From the NCBI GenBank assembly GCA_964188305.1, contig OZ076889.1: DNA of 64,000 nucleotides; one strand, given 5' to 3'. Within the stretch, counting starts at the first letter, position 1. Every line of letters begins with the position of its first letter. The position numbers and the translations under genes were made by a program. The DNA comes from Podarcis bocagei (Eukaryota). Below, in pieces: positions 25,888-39,115 of the stretch. Below the pieces are notes generated by a model that was not told the origin of the DNA, ran no database searches, and was given only the letters and a program-made list of their open reading frames with translations.

Positions 25888-26915
25888 GATTCTCCCTATG
25901 CTATTTAACATCTATATGAAGCCGCTGAGAGCTGTCATCAGGATATTTGCAGTGATGTGTCATCAATATGTAGATGATACCCAGCTCTATCTCTCTGTTC
26001 CTTATGAATTAGGAGAGGCTGTTGAGGTGTTATGACTAGTGCTTAGTAGGCAGTGATGGGCTAGATGTGAGCCAACAAATTGAAGCAGAAATCCTTACAA
26101 AGACATGTGTTATGTGTTCCGAGTTCTCGAGTCTGGGGACTGGCGAGATGACCAGTCCTGGACAGAGTTGTATTCCACTGGAAGATGCAGTCCATAGCTT
26201 GCAAGTGCTCCTGGATTCAACTATGTCACTGGAGTACTGGGATTGGAGTACTTTCCCCCAGCTCCAGCTAGTTTGCCAGCTATGGCCCCTTTCGTACAGA
26301 AATGACTTGGCCTCTATACTCTATGCTCTGGTAACTTACTGACTGTATTACTGCAATGCACTCTGTGTGGGGCTGGCCTTGAACAAAACCTCAAGAAACA
26401 TCAACCAGTCCAAAATGCAGTGCCAGATTACCGGCTGGGGTTCCATTTAGACTTCATATAACCTCTGCTTTAAAACAGCTGAATGGGTTGCCAGTTCGTT
26501 TTCAGGCCCAGTTCATGTTAGTGTTTGGAGCCCTAAATGACTTAGGCCCCCAATATCTGAAATACCATCCCCTTCTCTATAGACCCTCTGGGTATTAAGA
26601 TAAGTAGAGGCGGCCATCTTGGCATTTCCCTTGCCCTTAAAAGCTTGGCAGGGTGGTGGTGGTCTGGGACAAGACATCCTTTGTGGCAGCCCCTAAGCTA
26701 TTACACTCCCTCCCCATAGTCTTGCATCTGGCAACTTAACTTACACAGTTTTCACTGAATGCTGAAGATGCGCCTCTTTATCCTGGCCTTTGACCTCTGT
26801 ATACTTACCTTTCTAATTTGTTAAAAACTGTTTTAAATATTGTATTTACATAGTTGTGATCCACCCTGGGATCTCAGCGTGAAGAACAGGTTAACAAATC
26901 AAACTAATAATAAAT
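25888..26915 (+). mobile_element. Decayed L2-type LINE (RT domain to 3' end)
   Basis: Translates to SPMLFNIYMKPL and CHQYVDDTQLY (YxDD catalytic motif); many stops; TAA-rich 3' end. Confidence 0.8.
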
Positions 26916-27723
26916 GTACAGTGCAGTCCTATGTAAATTTACTCAGAACAAAGTCCAGAGTTTAGTGGGACTTATTCCATGCTTTCAGAATGGGACTTGC
27001 TTCTGAATAAACTTGCTTAGGATTCCATTGCATCTCTGAGGCTATGGACTGGAGTAGCCAACCTTTTCCACTGTAGATGTTCTGTGTGAAAATGAAAGGA
27101 CTAGACCCTCTCTCAACAATCTAGCCCTGGCAGATGCAATAAAGTACGTGATAATACTTTAATAAAATCCACTATGCAAAGACTAAACCTAATCCAAATA
27201 TTTATTGATTTATTTATTGATTTATTATTTTTATTTATTAGATTTATATACCACCCTTCATCAAAAGATCTCAGGGCAGTTCACGTGATAAAAACAAGAG
27301 ATAAAAGCAGTTCTATTTTTCTAGAAAAAGGTGAACACCTCCCTTCTTCTCTTATAATGGCAATGGCGCCCACCCGAGAAGTGCCGGAACTCAGTTTCAG
27401 TGAGTTCCGGCTTAAAAAAAGCCCTGGATAAAAGTACCAAGAAATAGTTAAAACAGAAACAACAAAACAATAACTCCCTTCCCACAAACACATTTAAAAG
27501 GCTGTAGAATATTTATCAGCCCAAGGCCTGATTGAAGATGGATGAATGTGCTATAAGGAAGGTACTAGACAAACCTCCCTGGGGAGAGCATTCCACAAAA
27601 GTAACAGACTCAGTCAAAGAAAAATAAAATAAGCATTAATAAGGCTAAATTAATGTAATATTAAATATATGGCTGCTACTATTTAATATATACAGAGCAT
27701 CATAGCTACGTTTAGTATATATA

Positions 27724-27938
27724 CAGTGGTACCTTGGGTTAAGTACTTAATTCGTTCCGGAGATCTGTTCTTAACCTGAAACTGTTCTTAACCTGAAGCA
27801 CCACTTTAGCAAAGGGCCTCCTGCTGCTGCCGCACCGCCGGAACACGATTTCTGTTCTCATCCTGAAGCAAAGTTCTTAACTCGAGGTATTATTTCTGGG
27901 TCTGTAACCTAAAGTGTATGTAACCTGAGGTACCACTG
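27724..27938. mobile_element. Tc1/mariner/pogo-type MITE (CAGTGGTACCT termini)
   Basis: TA|CAGTGGTACCTTGGGTTA ... TAACCTGAGGTACCACTG|TA; internal GTTCTTAACC repeats. Confidence 0.85.
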
Positions 27939-29002
27939 TACCTGTATTTAGAGCATGGTTTTTTTGCTTTCCCCACACTGAATGAATTTAACATGTCCTG
28001 GCATGGAGACGTAGAAAGCAGCTCCTATTGGCTTCCTTCCTATCGTGCCACTGCTAAAGGAACAAGTAGGCAAGTGAAAAGGAGAAAAAAGTGGCAAACA
28101 TATGTTACTTAGAGATAAAGGGTGGGAGGTGCAAAACAAGGTCCGTTTGTAAGCCCTGCTAAACTAAATAAGCCAAGAGCGATAATACGGGTAAAGAATA
28201 TATAAAGTGCAATAGCACCTTTAATTGAATCATTACAGCAATTGTGGGTTTCCAAGGCAACAGCTAGCCTATTTCATCAGATGCAAAAACTGAGTATGGC
28301 AATACCTTAATTTATACAACCGGCTTTCTAAAAGTACAAGAACTGCACAAGTGTACAATCTATACAGAAATTTGCTCCAAAAAGATGTGTTTTTGGAGCT
28401 AGAAAGCAAGAAACCAGTTGAACATCCAGGGTCAGCCACGGCATTTTGCTGCCCGAGGCAAATGAGAATATGTCACTCTCTTCCATTTAACTACAAGTCA
28501 ACAAGATGGGCAGTTAACTCCTAGTTCAACAATGTGGACAAATTAGTGTCCTCTCCTATTCTCTGAGTACATCAAGCCATCTTAGAGGTAGGTGCACTCA
28601 TCCTCACACATACTCTCATATGCTGCATGAAGCAATCACTTTGCTCTGCCTAATTGTGGGTCAGCTCTAAGAACAACTGATGGAAGTAGACTCGTCAACA
28701 AAAAAACATATGCCATTATGCTAGTTTGTAAGCTTAGAAGATTCTTTGTTGCTTTTACTTAAACTTCAAAGGAAACCAAATGCAGATCGCTACATCATTT
28801 ATTACATTGAGTGACTACTGATGACCAGCTCACCCAGTGGTAAATGTGAGGAAGCTGTGCCACTTGATAACTGCCCCCCCATTACATTATACATTATAGA
28901 CATGATTTTTTAAAAAAACTAATTCTGATTAGTAGACAAATCTGTGGTAGACATAGCTAAAGGAAGCTGCTTGTATTGAATTGTCTGCACTGAGTGACAG
29001 CA

Positions 29003-29159
29003 GCTCTCGGTTGGTTAGACCGTTAGAGCATGCTACTGATAATGCCAAGGTTGCAGGTTTCATCCCCGTATGGGAGAGCTGCATATTCCTGGATTACAGG
29101 GGCTTGGACTAGATGATCCTCTGGGTCCCTTCCAACTCTACAATTCTATGATTCTATGA
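29003..29159 (+). mobile_element. tRNA-derived SINE with a CR1-type tail
   Basis: tRNA-like head (GTTAGAGCA...CAAGGTTGCAGGTTTCATCCCC) fused to the GGTCCCTTCCAACTCTACAATTCTATGATTCTATGA tail. Confidence 0.75.
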
Positions 29160-29195
29160 AAGGGGAGTTTTCCCCAGCCCTGGTTGGTATTAGGT

Positions 29196-29380
29196 TGAAG
29201 CTCAGTGGCAGAGCATCTGCCTTTCATTCCAAAGGTTCCAGGTTCAATCCCTGGCATCTCCTGGCGGGGAAGGGAGAAACTCTACAACCCTAGAGAGCCA
29301 CTGCCAATCATTGTAGACAATGTTGAGTTAGATGCACCAAATGGTCTGACTCGATATAAAACAGCTAACTATGTTCTGCT
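29196..29380 (+). mobile_element. tRNA-derived squamate SINE (Squam3-like)
   Basis: AGCTCAGTGGCAGAGCATCTG...GGTTCAATCCC head; body also occurs reversed near 50560-50870 and 57515-57680. Confidence 0.7.
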
Positions 29381-30829
29381 AACCTGGGAACCTCTTCTTC
29401 CACTGATCTACGGCCCTAGAAAATATTAGCACTTGATAAATTGGTCATCTGTTTAGGGTCAGTGTTCCTTCAACAACTCTAAATATAGGAGTCCTAAGCA
29501 AGAAAAATAATGTGCCTTGGTCTGTGAATGAAAAGGTAGTGACAACCCAGTTAGAATGTATATGATCAGTGAGCAGAAGGGCAGTCGAGAGCTTGATCTG
29601 CAGTAGAAGACTTAATCATAATCATATACTGTATACTAACAGCAAACTCATTCCCCAAGTGCCAAAACCATGTAGCAAAAAAACCATGTCATCCATGAAC
29701 AAGAGGGAGGTACTGGCAGGCCTAGGTAAACCCATGTATTTTATAAAGGAAACCTCCTAAGGCAGAACTCCGCAAAATAGTCTAATGAAGACTGAGCATT
29801 CTGTACGCAGTAGCCACAAAGAGGAAAACATCTGAGGATCTATGCTTATCTTTTCCATCAGGTTGTCTCCGAAGGAAAGCAAGAAAGTTTGTGCTTAAGA
29901 AGTTTATCCTGAGCAAAGTAGTGTCATCCATGCCCAACTATCAATTCTAACAGACTCTTCCATCCTTCAGCTTCACCTGGAAAGAGCCTTTTCATCAGTC
30001 TGTGGAAGCTAAGGAACAGATTTGAAGCAGGTCGATTCCTACTTTCATTCTACTGCTTCCATTTCAGCTTAAGAAAAAAATGCTCGAATTTGTTTTGTTT
30101 TACTCTCCTCTCTCTCAACACTCTTTACTTTTGTGTTGTGTCTTTTAGGTTGCAAGCCCAAAAGCAGGACTGTCTTTTTATTACTGATTTTTGAAAGCCA
30201 CTCTGAATGTCTTTTAGACTGAAAAAGCAGAGGGGGAAAGCCTGAAATACACACATAAATAAGGAAGCTAAAGCAACAGTCCAGTGACCAGAACACAAGC
30301 TAAGTCAGATGGCCCTATAGTGTCTAAACAGGTACAACAACCATTATGGAGATACAGTGATGCTGAATTTCTTAAAACCTTTGCTTCAGATCTACCTTGG
30401 CACAGGCATCAAACATATGTGCTATGCATGCAGTGCAGACCTAGTATGTTACTCAAAATATCTCACTGTGTTCAGCTGGGCTTCCTTTCCAGGGAGTGTC
30501 CATATTTTACCTAGGAGTAGGGGCCAAAGAACACAGTGTGCCTTACCTGTGAGCAAAGTGTGTATGGTTAGGTTGTTAAGTCTACAAAAGATCAGTCCCA
30601 CAGACTCCTTTCCATTTCATTCTGACCAAGCAAACAGCTACCTTTTGCAGTCTCTCCTTCCAACTGCCCCTTTCACAACCCCTCTTTTTCTGTGGTTTCC
30701 CCCCTTTTTTCTAGATAATCTGAATGTGGGCTCAACTTCTGCCAGTATGATTGGGGCTGAGGAGACACAGGAGCCCACACTCATTGCAATACCTCCTTGT
30801 GAACCAAAGAACTCCTATTAGAATAAACA

Positions 30830-31180
30830 AGTTCCGTTTTAAATACTGAAATACTAAATAAGATCGATAACAATGTGTAACAGAAAAAGAAGCATGAAAT
30901 TAGGTTAAAGGTGAAAGAAAGGTGTGAAAGAAAGTAATAGAAGTGGAAAGAAATTGCAATTGAGTAGATTGGAAGTCTAACACAAAGGTGGGGTGAGGGG
31001 TGATGGATGGTGATGGGAAAAGGAATTATCTGTGGGATTGAGTGTAGGTATGTTTGAACATTTTAAAGTATTGTATGAAATGTATGTTTGTATGCTTGTA
31101 TATTCGCAATATGTCTGTATTAATGCTGAATTATTTTAATAATAAAAACTTTTCAAAAATTAAAAAAAGAAAAAAAGAAA
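30830..31180 (+). mobile_element. Probable L1-type 3' UTR with an A-rich tail
   Basis: Purine-rich then GT-rich body ending in AATAAA plus an A-rich tail; family assigned by resemblance only. Confidence 0.45.
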
Positions 31181-31319
31181 TCAGTTCTGTAAGCTGAACT
31201 TTACCTTCCTCATACCCAGTTCCTTCTTTATTTTTTTGCTTCCATACCCAGCTACTTTCCTTTTAAAACCCCCAACTCCAGCTCCCTCTCTCTTCCAAAA
31301 GCCAATCACCCAAATCACT

Positions 31320-31700
31320 TTCGGGGGGTGCGGGGGGAATGGGCACGACCATCCCGAAACCACTACAAAGGAACCTTATCCATCTGCTTCGGTTTCCACC
31401 ACCCCGCAGCTCCTGCCATGCACATTCAAACAGGAACCGGAAGTACGGAGCTTATTGTACGTCTCTTCCGCCCCGGTGCTGAGTGCCTAGAGCGGCCACA
31501 AAACATTGCAAAACCCACCGAGGACCATCTGCTGCGGCGGGAGACCATCAAGCCACGGCATCTGGAGGCGTCAGGGTCAAGGGAGGTGGGGGCATGTCGG
31601 ACTAGAGCCCGGAGGCTTTTGCTTCTCCACCACGACCACGTAGGTGATTGTGTTGCATCGGGAACAGTCGCTTTGCTTGCTCTTAGCTTTGAACAGAATC
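31320..31700 (+). promoter_or_regulatory. DDX59 promoter and probable non-coding exon 1
   Basis: Local CpG enrichment ~1 kb upstream of the ATG exon; ETS/GABP motif ACCGGAAGT at 31436-31444; candidate donor near 31640 (GTAGGT) or 31644 (GTGATT). Confidence 0.6.
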
Positions 31701-32460
31701 GTCCCAAACTGCCCCATAGACTTCTATGCGAGCTTGTCTAGCCTGTAAATAATGCATGCTTTTGGGTGAACTGGTTCTAGTAGTTCGGAAAAGCTTGTGC
31801 CACAAAAACAAACAAACACCCAGCTCTTCGGGGCTGTGTCGTTCTTTGCTTCTAACAGCACAAGCCCTGCACTCGTCTGCTCAGAAGTAAGGTAAGGCTG
31901 CATATACACGCCATGCATTCGAAGCATGTTTAAATCTCACGCCCTGGAAACCGTAGTTTGTCAATGTGCCAAGTATAGTTTCCAGGATTCTTGTGTGGGT
32001 GAGTGATTTAAATGTACCTCACACAGCCTAAGCCTTTCTAAGAAGCAGTATGTTGTCTGGGTTTGAGGCTTGCTATTTCGGCAGCAAACAACTTGTCAGC
32101 CATGTGCAGTAAATAGCTCCCTCAGGAGCTATTGTTTGGGTAAATTGTTTTAAGAATGAAAAACCCAAATTATGAATACATAAGTGAATAGGGGCACTGT
32201 GCAGATGACTGCAGCATCATGCTGCAAGAGAACGTTCTCTGTCAGGAAATGGAAAATTACAGCCTGTACTAGTTGAAGCTTTCAGATAGCCATTGCAGTA
32301 ACTCCCATTTGGATGGCATTAATATATTTTGTTATGCTTCATAATTAAGTTTTGGACTATTGGAGTGCATTTTAGTAGTCCCTGAATTATTCTGAAATCC
32401 TACTTTATCAGATTTGAGCAGTAATACATATTCTATGCTTTCATTACAGGCTGTTGAAGA

Positions 32461-33279
32461 ATGTTTGTTCCAAGGTCTATTAAAGTCAAGAGGAATGCTG
32501 GTGATGAGGGGACCTGCGTAACTAAGAAAAATAAGCCATCTCCAAGTGAATCCTCCCTTGAAAATGCCACAGACGTCCGAGATGCTAAGTCAGATACAAA
32601 AGACATGCCAAGCTCAGAGAGTGACTTGTCTGAACCAATGAAAAGAGACACTGAGCTGCACATCTCTCTGGATTCAGCTGCAACTCTTACTGAAGCAACA
32701 TTGGAAAATGCAAACAATGAGGACTCTTCTCTTGCTGAGGATCCCATAAAATCTTTCAGCAAAATGCAGCGTTGGCCACAGCCTGGGGAACCTGTCTGTG
32801 TGGTTTGTGGTCGTTATGGGGAATACATCTGTGACAAGACTGACGAAGATGTTTGTAGCTTGGAGTGCAAAGCCAAACACCTTTTACATATCAAAGAGGA
32901 AAAGGAAAACTCAAAATCTGCTAGCAGTTGTGAAAAAGCAGAGACTCGGTCCACGTTACTTGATGGTACTTACGTCTATGAAGAGAATCCATTTGTGCTA
33001 AGCCTTCAAGAGGAGCAGATTGAAAACTTAAAGCAGCAACTAGGCATTGCTGTTGAAGGTCAAGAAGTTGCAAGACCTATTGTAGAATTTGAACACTGTG
33101 GCTTCCCTGAAATTTTAAACACCAATTTGAAAAAATCAGGCTATGAAGTCCCAACTCCTGTCCAAATGCAGATGATCCCAGTTGGATTACTGGGCAGGGA
33201 TATCATGGCCACGGCTGACACTGGCTCAGGAAAAACTGCTGCTTTCCTGCTTCCTGTTGTAATTAAAGCCTTGGGAGAG
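32461..33279 (+). CDS. DDX59: DDX59 DEAD-box RNA helicase, coding exon 1 (HIT zinc finger, Q motif, motif I)
   Basis: [11 protein letters not shown] start; [28 protein letters not shown] zf-HIT; PTPVQ; ADTGSGKT; acceptor AG at 32448-9; donor GAG|GTAAAG. Confidence 0.96.
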
Positions 33280-34170
33280 GTAAAGTTTAAACCTGCATTT
33301 TCAAAAAGCTGTGGGAATTGTGCAGCACGCTCCTGTACATGTTTACTTAGAAGTAAATCCCAGTGCATTCAAGGGGATTTCTCTTTGGGAAACTCTGCAT
33401 TGAATTTCAACCTTAGTTGCACTGAGAATTCTAGAGAAATTATTTTTAGCTGTTTGTTTCTTCTTTGAACTTATGTCAGTTGACTTGCAAAAAGTGAATG
33501 TTTGGACAACAGTACAGTGCAAACTGATAGAATATCTAATATATTCTTTCAACTGTATACCTGTCAGTTGACGGGATAAACGATACAATTACTAAATCTG
33601 CCAATTGTCCTAAAGCGTCCTCAGTGTCTCTGCTTACACCTGTTGCTCAAGAGTTCAGCTGCAGTTCTGCAGTGGGGATCTTTTTATACACATTGAGGCT
33701 CCCCATTTGACTTCAAACCCTTTCAGGCTTCTAAATACACAGGCAGCAGCCACAAGTAGAAAAGGTTTTCTGCTGCAGAAATTACAGCTGAACTCTTGAG
33801 CAACTGGCACAAGCAGGGGGCAGTGACCTAAAAGCCCTGTCCCACAGCCCCTTTTTCATTTGCTTTACCTCTTCATATGAATAACCACTGAAGAGTGCTC
33901 TAATATTCAGAAATACTCTGTAACAGTTTGTCCACTTACTCTTATTTCTGTACTTAACAGTCTTAGTAGGGTGGGAGTAGATTTCCACAGTTTCTAATGT
34001 TACACTGTGACTATTTGCTGTCGTCTCCATTGACATCTGAATGAAAAGGATGTTGTTGAGCTAATCTGATATGAATTACAGTAACTGTTCTCTTATTTTC
34101 CCCTAATCTGATACTTTTAATTGAGAATGCAGATTGGCAACTCACAACTTTTTCCCACTTTCTGCTTCAG

Positions 34171-34338
34171 GCAGAAACCCCATCTGCTCTTATTCTGACG
34201 CCAACGAGGGAGTTAGCTATACAGATAGAGAAACAAGCTAAAGAGCTCATGATTGGACTGCCCAACATGAGAACTGTTCTTCTGGTTGGAGGATTGCCAT
34301 TACCACCGCAGCTTCATCGCCTGAAACAAAATGTTAAG
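34171..34338 (+). CDS. DDX59: DDX59 coding exon 2
   Basis: AG|[20 protein letters not shown]...LKQNVK|GT; 168 nt; motif Ia. Confidence 0.95.
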
Positions 34339-34895
34339 GTAAAATCTGCTGCTGTGATTTCTGGTATATGGCAAAGAACTAGAGGTGATACTGATTTCGT
34401 TGTTTAAGGCTTCCAGAACATCAGCTCTTGTTGAAGAGATTGGGTCTCAAGTCCTTAAAAAAAATTGCTTGCCCCAGTATCAACCATATTGGGCTTTACA
34501 ATTGGCAGGGGAGGCCTTATTTGGTGTTGGGTGCTGACCCCTTTATAGTGCCTTGCCAGTAATAGTTCCCTGCTTATGGGATGCCCTCCTTGGTGAGGTG
34601 CACCTGCCACCCTCATTAACCTTTAGGTAGAATTCAAAAACATTCCCGTTTACCCAGGTATTAGATGACTGGAATATACTGGTTCTTGCAGCCTTGAAAA
34701 TATTTAGCAGAGTGGATATTTTATTTTATTATTGCAAGGGGCAAAAAGGATTCTTTTTGACCTTTTGTTGTTTTCCACACTGAGTTCTTTTGGGAGGAAT
34801 GGAAGGATAAAAAACGATAAATAATAATGATGAAGCGCTGATCATTGATTTTATTTCTAATGTTGGTGTTTTTGCCTCCACCCTCTTTCTGTTAG

Positions 34896-34985
34896 GTTAT
34901 CATAGCTACACCAGGAAGGTTGCTAGAAATTCTAAAGCAAAGCTCCGTTCAAGTCCATAATATTAAAATTGTTGTAGTGGATGAA
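34896..34985 (+). CDS. DDX59: DDX59 coding exon 3
   Basis: AG|[10 protein letters not shown]...IVVVDE|GT; 90 nt; the DEAD motif is split DE|AD across the intron. Confidence 0.95.
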
Positions 34986-35714
34986 GTAAGTATACATGGT
35001 GGGACAAAAAACAAAATATATGTGTGAGTGTGCATGCAGGTATTACTTAAATATGAAATAACAATGGTTGAAATGGCTTGATTTCTGTCTGGTGACCACT
35101 AGTAGATTTCAAGCACGTGCAATGCGTATGTCCTTTGGCTAGTGCATGGTATGCTTGGAATGCAGTTCAGATGGTGTATTGGCCCATTTATGTGTCAGGA
35201 AGAAAGAGATGAGAGCACACCTGAGGATTAAGCATCTAGGTCACTTTTTTTTCAAAGTGGGAGCAGCCGCTGCAGACACTAGTGTGCATTTTGGACAGTA
35301 GTGAGTTGCTGCCAGGAAAGAGAAGCATAAAGTAGAAGTGGAAGGTGCTGCGAATAGGCATAGTGCAGGGTTGGGGAACCTTTTTTCAGGGCTGCATATC
35401 CTTTTGAACATCCTTCCAAGGGCTGCATATGGTGGGATAGACAAACTCATGGAGGATAAGGCTATCAAAGGCTACTCGTCATGGTGGGAATGGTGGCTGC
35501 ATACAAATCATTGGGGGACAACAGCCAGAGTGGGCTATTTCTATCATTTCCTGCTTGTAGGCTCCCTAGAGGCTGGCCATTGTAGGAAATGGGATACTGC
35601 ACCAAATGATCCAGCAAGGCTGTTCTTCTGACTATGCTGGCAAGGAAAGTGAATTAATCATTTATCTCCTCACCTCTGCTCCTACAATGGAATGTTAATG
35701 CTTACTGGTCTGTC

Positions 35715-35746
<32 letters not shown>

Positions 35747-35759
35747 TTCTTTAACATAG

Positions 35760-36011
35760 GCTGATACCATGTTAAAGATGGGCTTCCAGCAGCAGGTTTT
35801 AGACATTTTGGAAAATATCCCCACAGACCGTCAGACTATTCTGGTGTCTGCCACAATGCCTTTCGGCACTGAGCAGCTGGCCAATCGACTTTTGCAAAAT
35901 CCAGTGAAAATAACCATCGGAGAAAAGAACCAGCCATGTTCCAACGTTCGCCAGATTATCTTGTGGGTAGAAGAACCGTCCAAAAAGAAAAAGCTTTTTG
36001 AAATATTAAAT
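35760..36011 (+). CDS. DDX59: DDX59 coding exon 4
   Basis: AG|ADTMLKMGF...VSATM...LFEILN|GT; 252 nt. Confidence 0.95.
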
Positions 36012-36959
36012 GTTAGTATCCTTGGAAGGGAGAACCTGTTGTTTTTCTTCCACAAATTGTGATTCTTTGCAGATTTGGAGGAGAGAAACTGGAAAATGGC
36101 TGTTTATCTGATTCAGCTTTGTTCTTGAGAGCTCCCCAGCAGAGAGGCATAAACACGTCCCTGCAATTCAGTTTAGCCAATGCTTTTGTTGAAACTTGTG
36201 GAAGAAGAAACAAAATGTATATTGTTTCAGTATTATTGGTGATATTCATTAGCTTATTATTGCATTTTCAGTACTTTATAATCTGTGATTCTGAGAGGCA
36301 TTTAAGTAACCCAGTGTTGACGTGAAATAGGCAGGATCCAAAGCATCATGACTGGGATCCAATGAAAAGTTCCTTTGCAATTCTAACCATCCATACTCAG
36401 AATTAAGTTCTATTGAATTCAGTGGAGCTTACTCCAGGTAAAGGAGGTAGCGGTAGCAACCCTTACCTATGTTTTTCCCCCAAACAGCAGCCCTAGCATG
36501 TTATATGGCAAACTGCTTTTTAAACTGAGGGTTAAAAGCAGTTTGTGATACGGAATAGTGAAAAAGAAAAAGCACCCAGTTCTATTATCCTAGTGCAAGT
36601 ATATTGTTTATACTCTCATCCTCTTGCCAGAAATAGGATATTTTATTTTGGTAAATACATTGTGCAAGCCACATAGAAATAATCGTGCAAAAGCTGCAGT
36701 AATGCTAATATCACTGACAAGATTCCATTTTTAACAGCATTTCAAAGATACCTGCATAATCTACTTTAAACTTGTTAATATTACACAAGCTTGGCAGACT
36801 TGGAAGGGCCACGTTACTCTGTTCAGCTCTGCCACCGCCCAAAGCTCCCTCAGTTTAGCAATATGCTTAACATTCCAGTACGTACCATATAGAATTCTAG
36901 CTGTAGTCATGTGAGACAGCAAAGTTTCCTTCTCATTAGAATTTTTGTTTTATGAAGGT

Positions 36960-37765
36960 CAACAGGAATATTCAAAAGGGGTAACCAAAACGATTGAGTG
37001 GAGCAACTCCCCTAATGTGGAACCGTTTCAGTATTCTGGGCTTTATAGTTTAGAGAAAAACCAAGTAAGAGGTGGCATGATAGAACTGTGTAAGATTATG
37101 CATGGCATGAATAAAGTGGTTGGAGAAAGGCTTTTCTCCCTCTCTCATAATTGTTGAAAGATTCAGGACAGGCAAAACAAAGTACCGTATTTTTTTGCTC
37201 TATAAGACTCACTTTCTCCCTCCTAAAAAGTAAGGGGAAATGTGTGTGCGTCTTATGGAGTGAATGCAGGCTGCGCAGCTATCCCAGAAGCCAGAACAGC
37301 AAGAGGGATTGCTGCTTTCACTGCGCAGCGATCCCTCTTGCTGTTCTGGCTTCTGAGATTCAGAATATTTTTTTTCTTGTTTTCCTCCTCCAAAAACTAG
37401 GTGCGTCTTGTGGTCTGGTGCGTCTTATAGAGTGAAAAATACGGTAGTTATTTATACGGCTCATAGTTAAACTCTGGAATTCGCTCCCATATGAGACAGT
37501 GCTAGCCACCAACTTGGATGGCTTTAAAAGAGGATTAGACAAATTTGAAGTGGTTAAGGCTCTCAGTGGCTACTAGTCACAGTGGCTATGTTTTGCATCT
37601 GTGGCTGAAGGCTGTATGCTTCTGAATACCAGTTGCTGGCAACTGCAGGACCTCCTGTGCTCGGGTCCTGATTACAGCTTCCCACAGGCATCTGACTGAC
37701 TGCTGAAAGAACAGGATATTGGGCGAGATGGGCCATTGGCCTGAGCAGGGAGACTCTTCTTATGT
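36960..37765 (+). mobile_element. Old CR1 3' fragment interrupted by a Tc2-like MITE
   Basis: 'GLYSLEKNQVRGGMIE' CR1-like translation; CR1 sequence resumes after 37446. Confidence 0.7.
37185..37444. mobile_element. Tc2-like MITE, copy 2 (short, single-hairpin cargo)
   Basis: TA|CCGTATTT...CTATAAGACTCAC ... GTGCGTCTTATAGAGTGAAAAATACGG|TA. Confidence 0.9.
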
Positions 37766-38077
37766 TTTTGGGTACCAGGACAATGTAATACTACTCTGCC
37801 TCCAATTCTTACTGATGATTTTTAAAACCTTCCATGGCTGAGTCAATGAATATTATAATTTAAGTAAAAAATAACTATATTTGCACTCGAAACCATCCCT
37901 TAATTTGATAATAAAGGATATATATCTGAAATGCGAAATTGGGAAACGTGTAACATTTTTTAAATTGACATCGTTTCAGTAGAATGTATACACACTAATT
38001 AAGAGAAAGAGTTGTAAGTGCCATTGGTAACTGTGTTGATCATGCAAGACTTTAAATGAGACTTTGCTTTGTTTTAG

Positions 38078-38230
38078 GATAAGAAACTGTTCAAACCTCC
38101 TGTGCTGGTATTTGTAGAATGCAAACTGGGTGCAGATCTCCTGAGCGATGCTGTACATAAAATTACAGGCTTGCAAACAATTTCTATGCATGCTGATAAA
38201 TCACAGATAGAAAGAACTGCCATATTACAG
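38078..38230 (+). CDS. DDX59: DDX59 coding exon 5
   Basis: AG|[22 protein letters not shown]...ERTAILQ|GT; 153 nt. Confidence 0.95.
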
Positions 38231-38890
38231 GTTTGTAGATATCTCTGGTGTCCATTTTCTAAAAGATTCCTATTCTTAAGGCCGTAGTCCTGTACACATT
38301 TACTTGGGAGTAAGTCCCATTGGACTCTGCTGAATTTACTTCTGAGTAGATGTGTATAGGCTTTTACCGCTGAATTATTTGTACTTTCTTGCCACATTTT
38401 TAAAGCAGGTTGCAATTTTCTGTGAATGTCATGATTGCTTTGTATAGGTTCCAGTCCATCACAGTTCTGTTCTGTGCAGCATTCTGGATTGCTGCACAGA
38501 TGCTGCTCTCCAACCAAATTAAGCTGTCCTTTGTAAGCAGCAATGCCTCTCTCCATGTGAACCTACCCAGACCCTGAGATCATCATCTGAGATCCTTCTT
38601 TGTATTCCTCCTGTACGAGAGGTCTGGAGGGTGGCCACCTAAGAATGGGCCTCTTCTGCAGTGGAATGCTCTCCCTAGGGAGGTTTGGCTGGCGCCTTCA
38701 TTGTACACCTTTAGGTGCCAGGTTAAAATGTTCCTTTTTGACTAGGCCTTTGGCTGATTAACATCCGATACCCTTTTAAATGTGGCTGTGGGGGTATTGG
38801 GTTGTTTTTGTTTTTATTACGTATTTTGTTTTTTTTTATCTTGCATTTCTATGTTATGAACCACCCTGAGATCTACAGATTTTAATAAGT

Positions 38891-38980
38891 AGAATCATAG
38901 AATTGTAGAGGTGGAAGGGACCATGAGGGTCATCTAGTCCAACCCCCTGCCTTGCAGGAATCTTTTTGTCCAACATGGGG
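38891..38980 (-). mobile_element. CR1-tailed element abutting the assembly gap
   Basis: AGAATCATAGAATTGTAGAG...GTCATCTAGTCCAACCCC is the reverse of the CR1/SINE tail. Confidence 0.7.
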
Positions 38981-39115
38981 NNNNNNNNNNNNNNNNNNNN
39001 NNNNNNNNNNNNNNNNNNNNNNNNNNNNNNNNNNNNNNNNNNNNNNNNNNNNNNNNNNNNNNNNNNNNNNNNNNNNNNNNNNNNNNNNNNNNNNNNNNNN
39101 NNNNNNNNNNNNNNN
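38981..39115. other. Assembly gap (135 N)
   Basis: Run of n. Confidence 1.

Noticed and set aside
29003-29260. tRNA genes
   Set aside because: The tRNA-like segments are SINE heads: degenerate and fused to SINE bodies or CR1 tails.
33280-33468. ORF-track extensions past exon ends (also 8246-8298 and 48799-48892)
   Set aside because: Intron read-through beyond canonical GT donors; protein similarity stops at the donor.
38981-39115. Missing DDX59 exon in the N gap
   Set aside because: The flanking exons join in frame (...ILQ|GLF...) with helicase motifs in the expected order.
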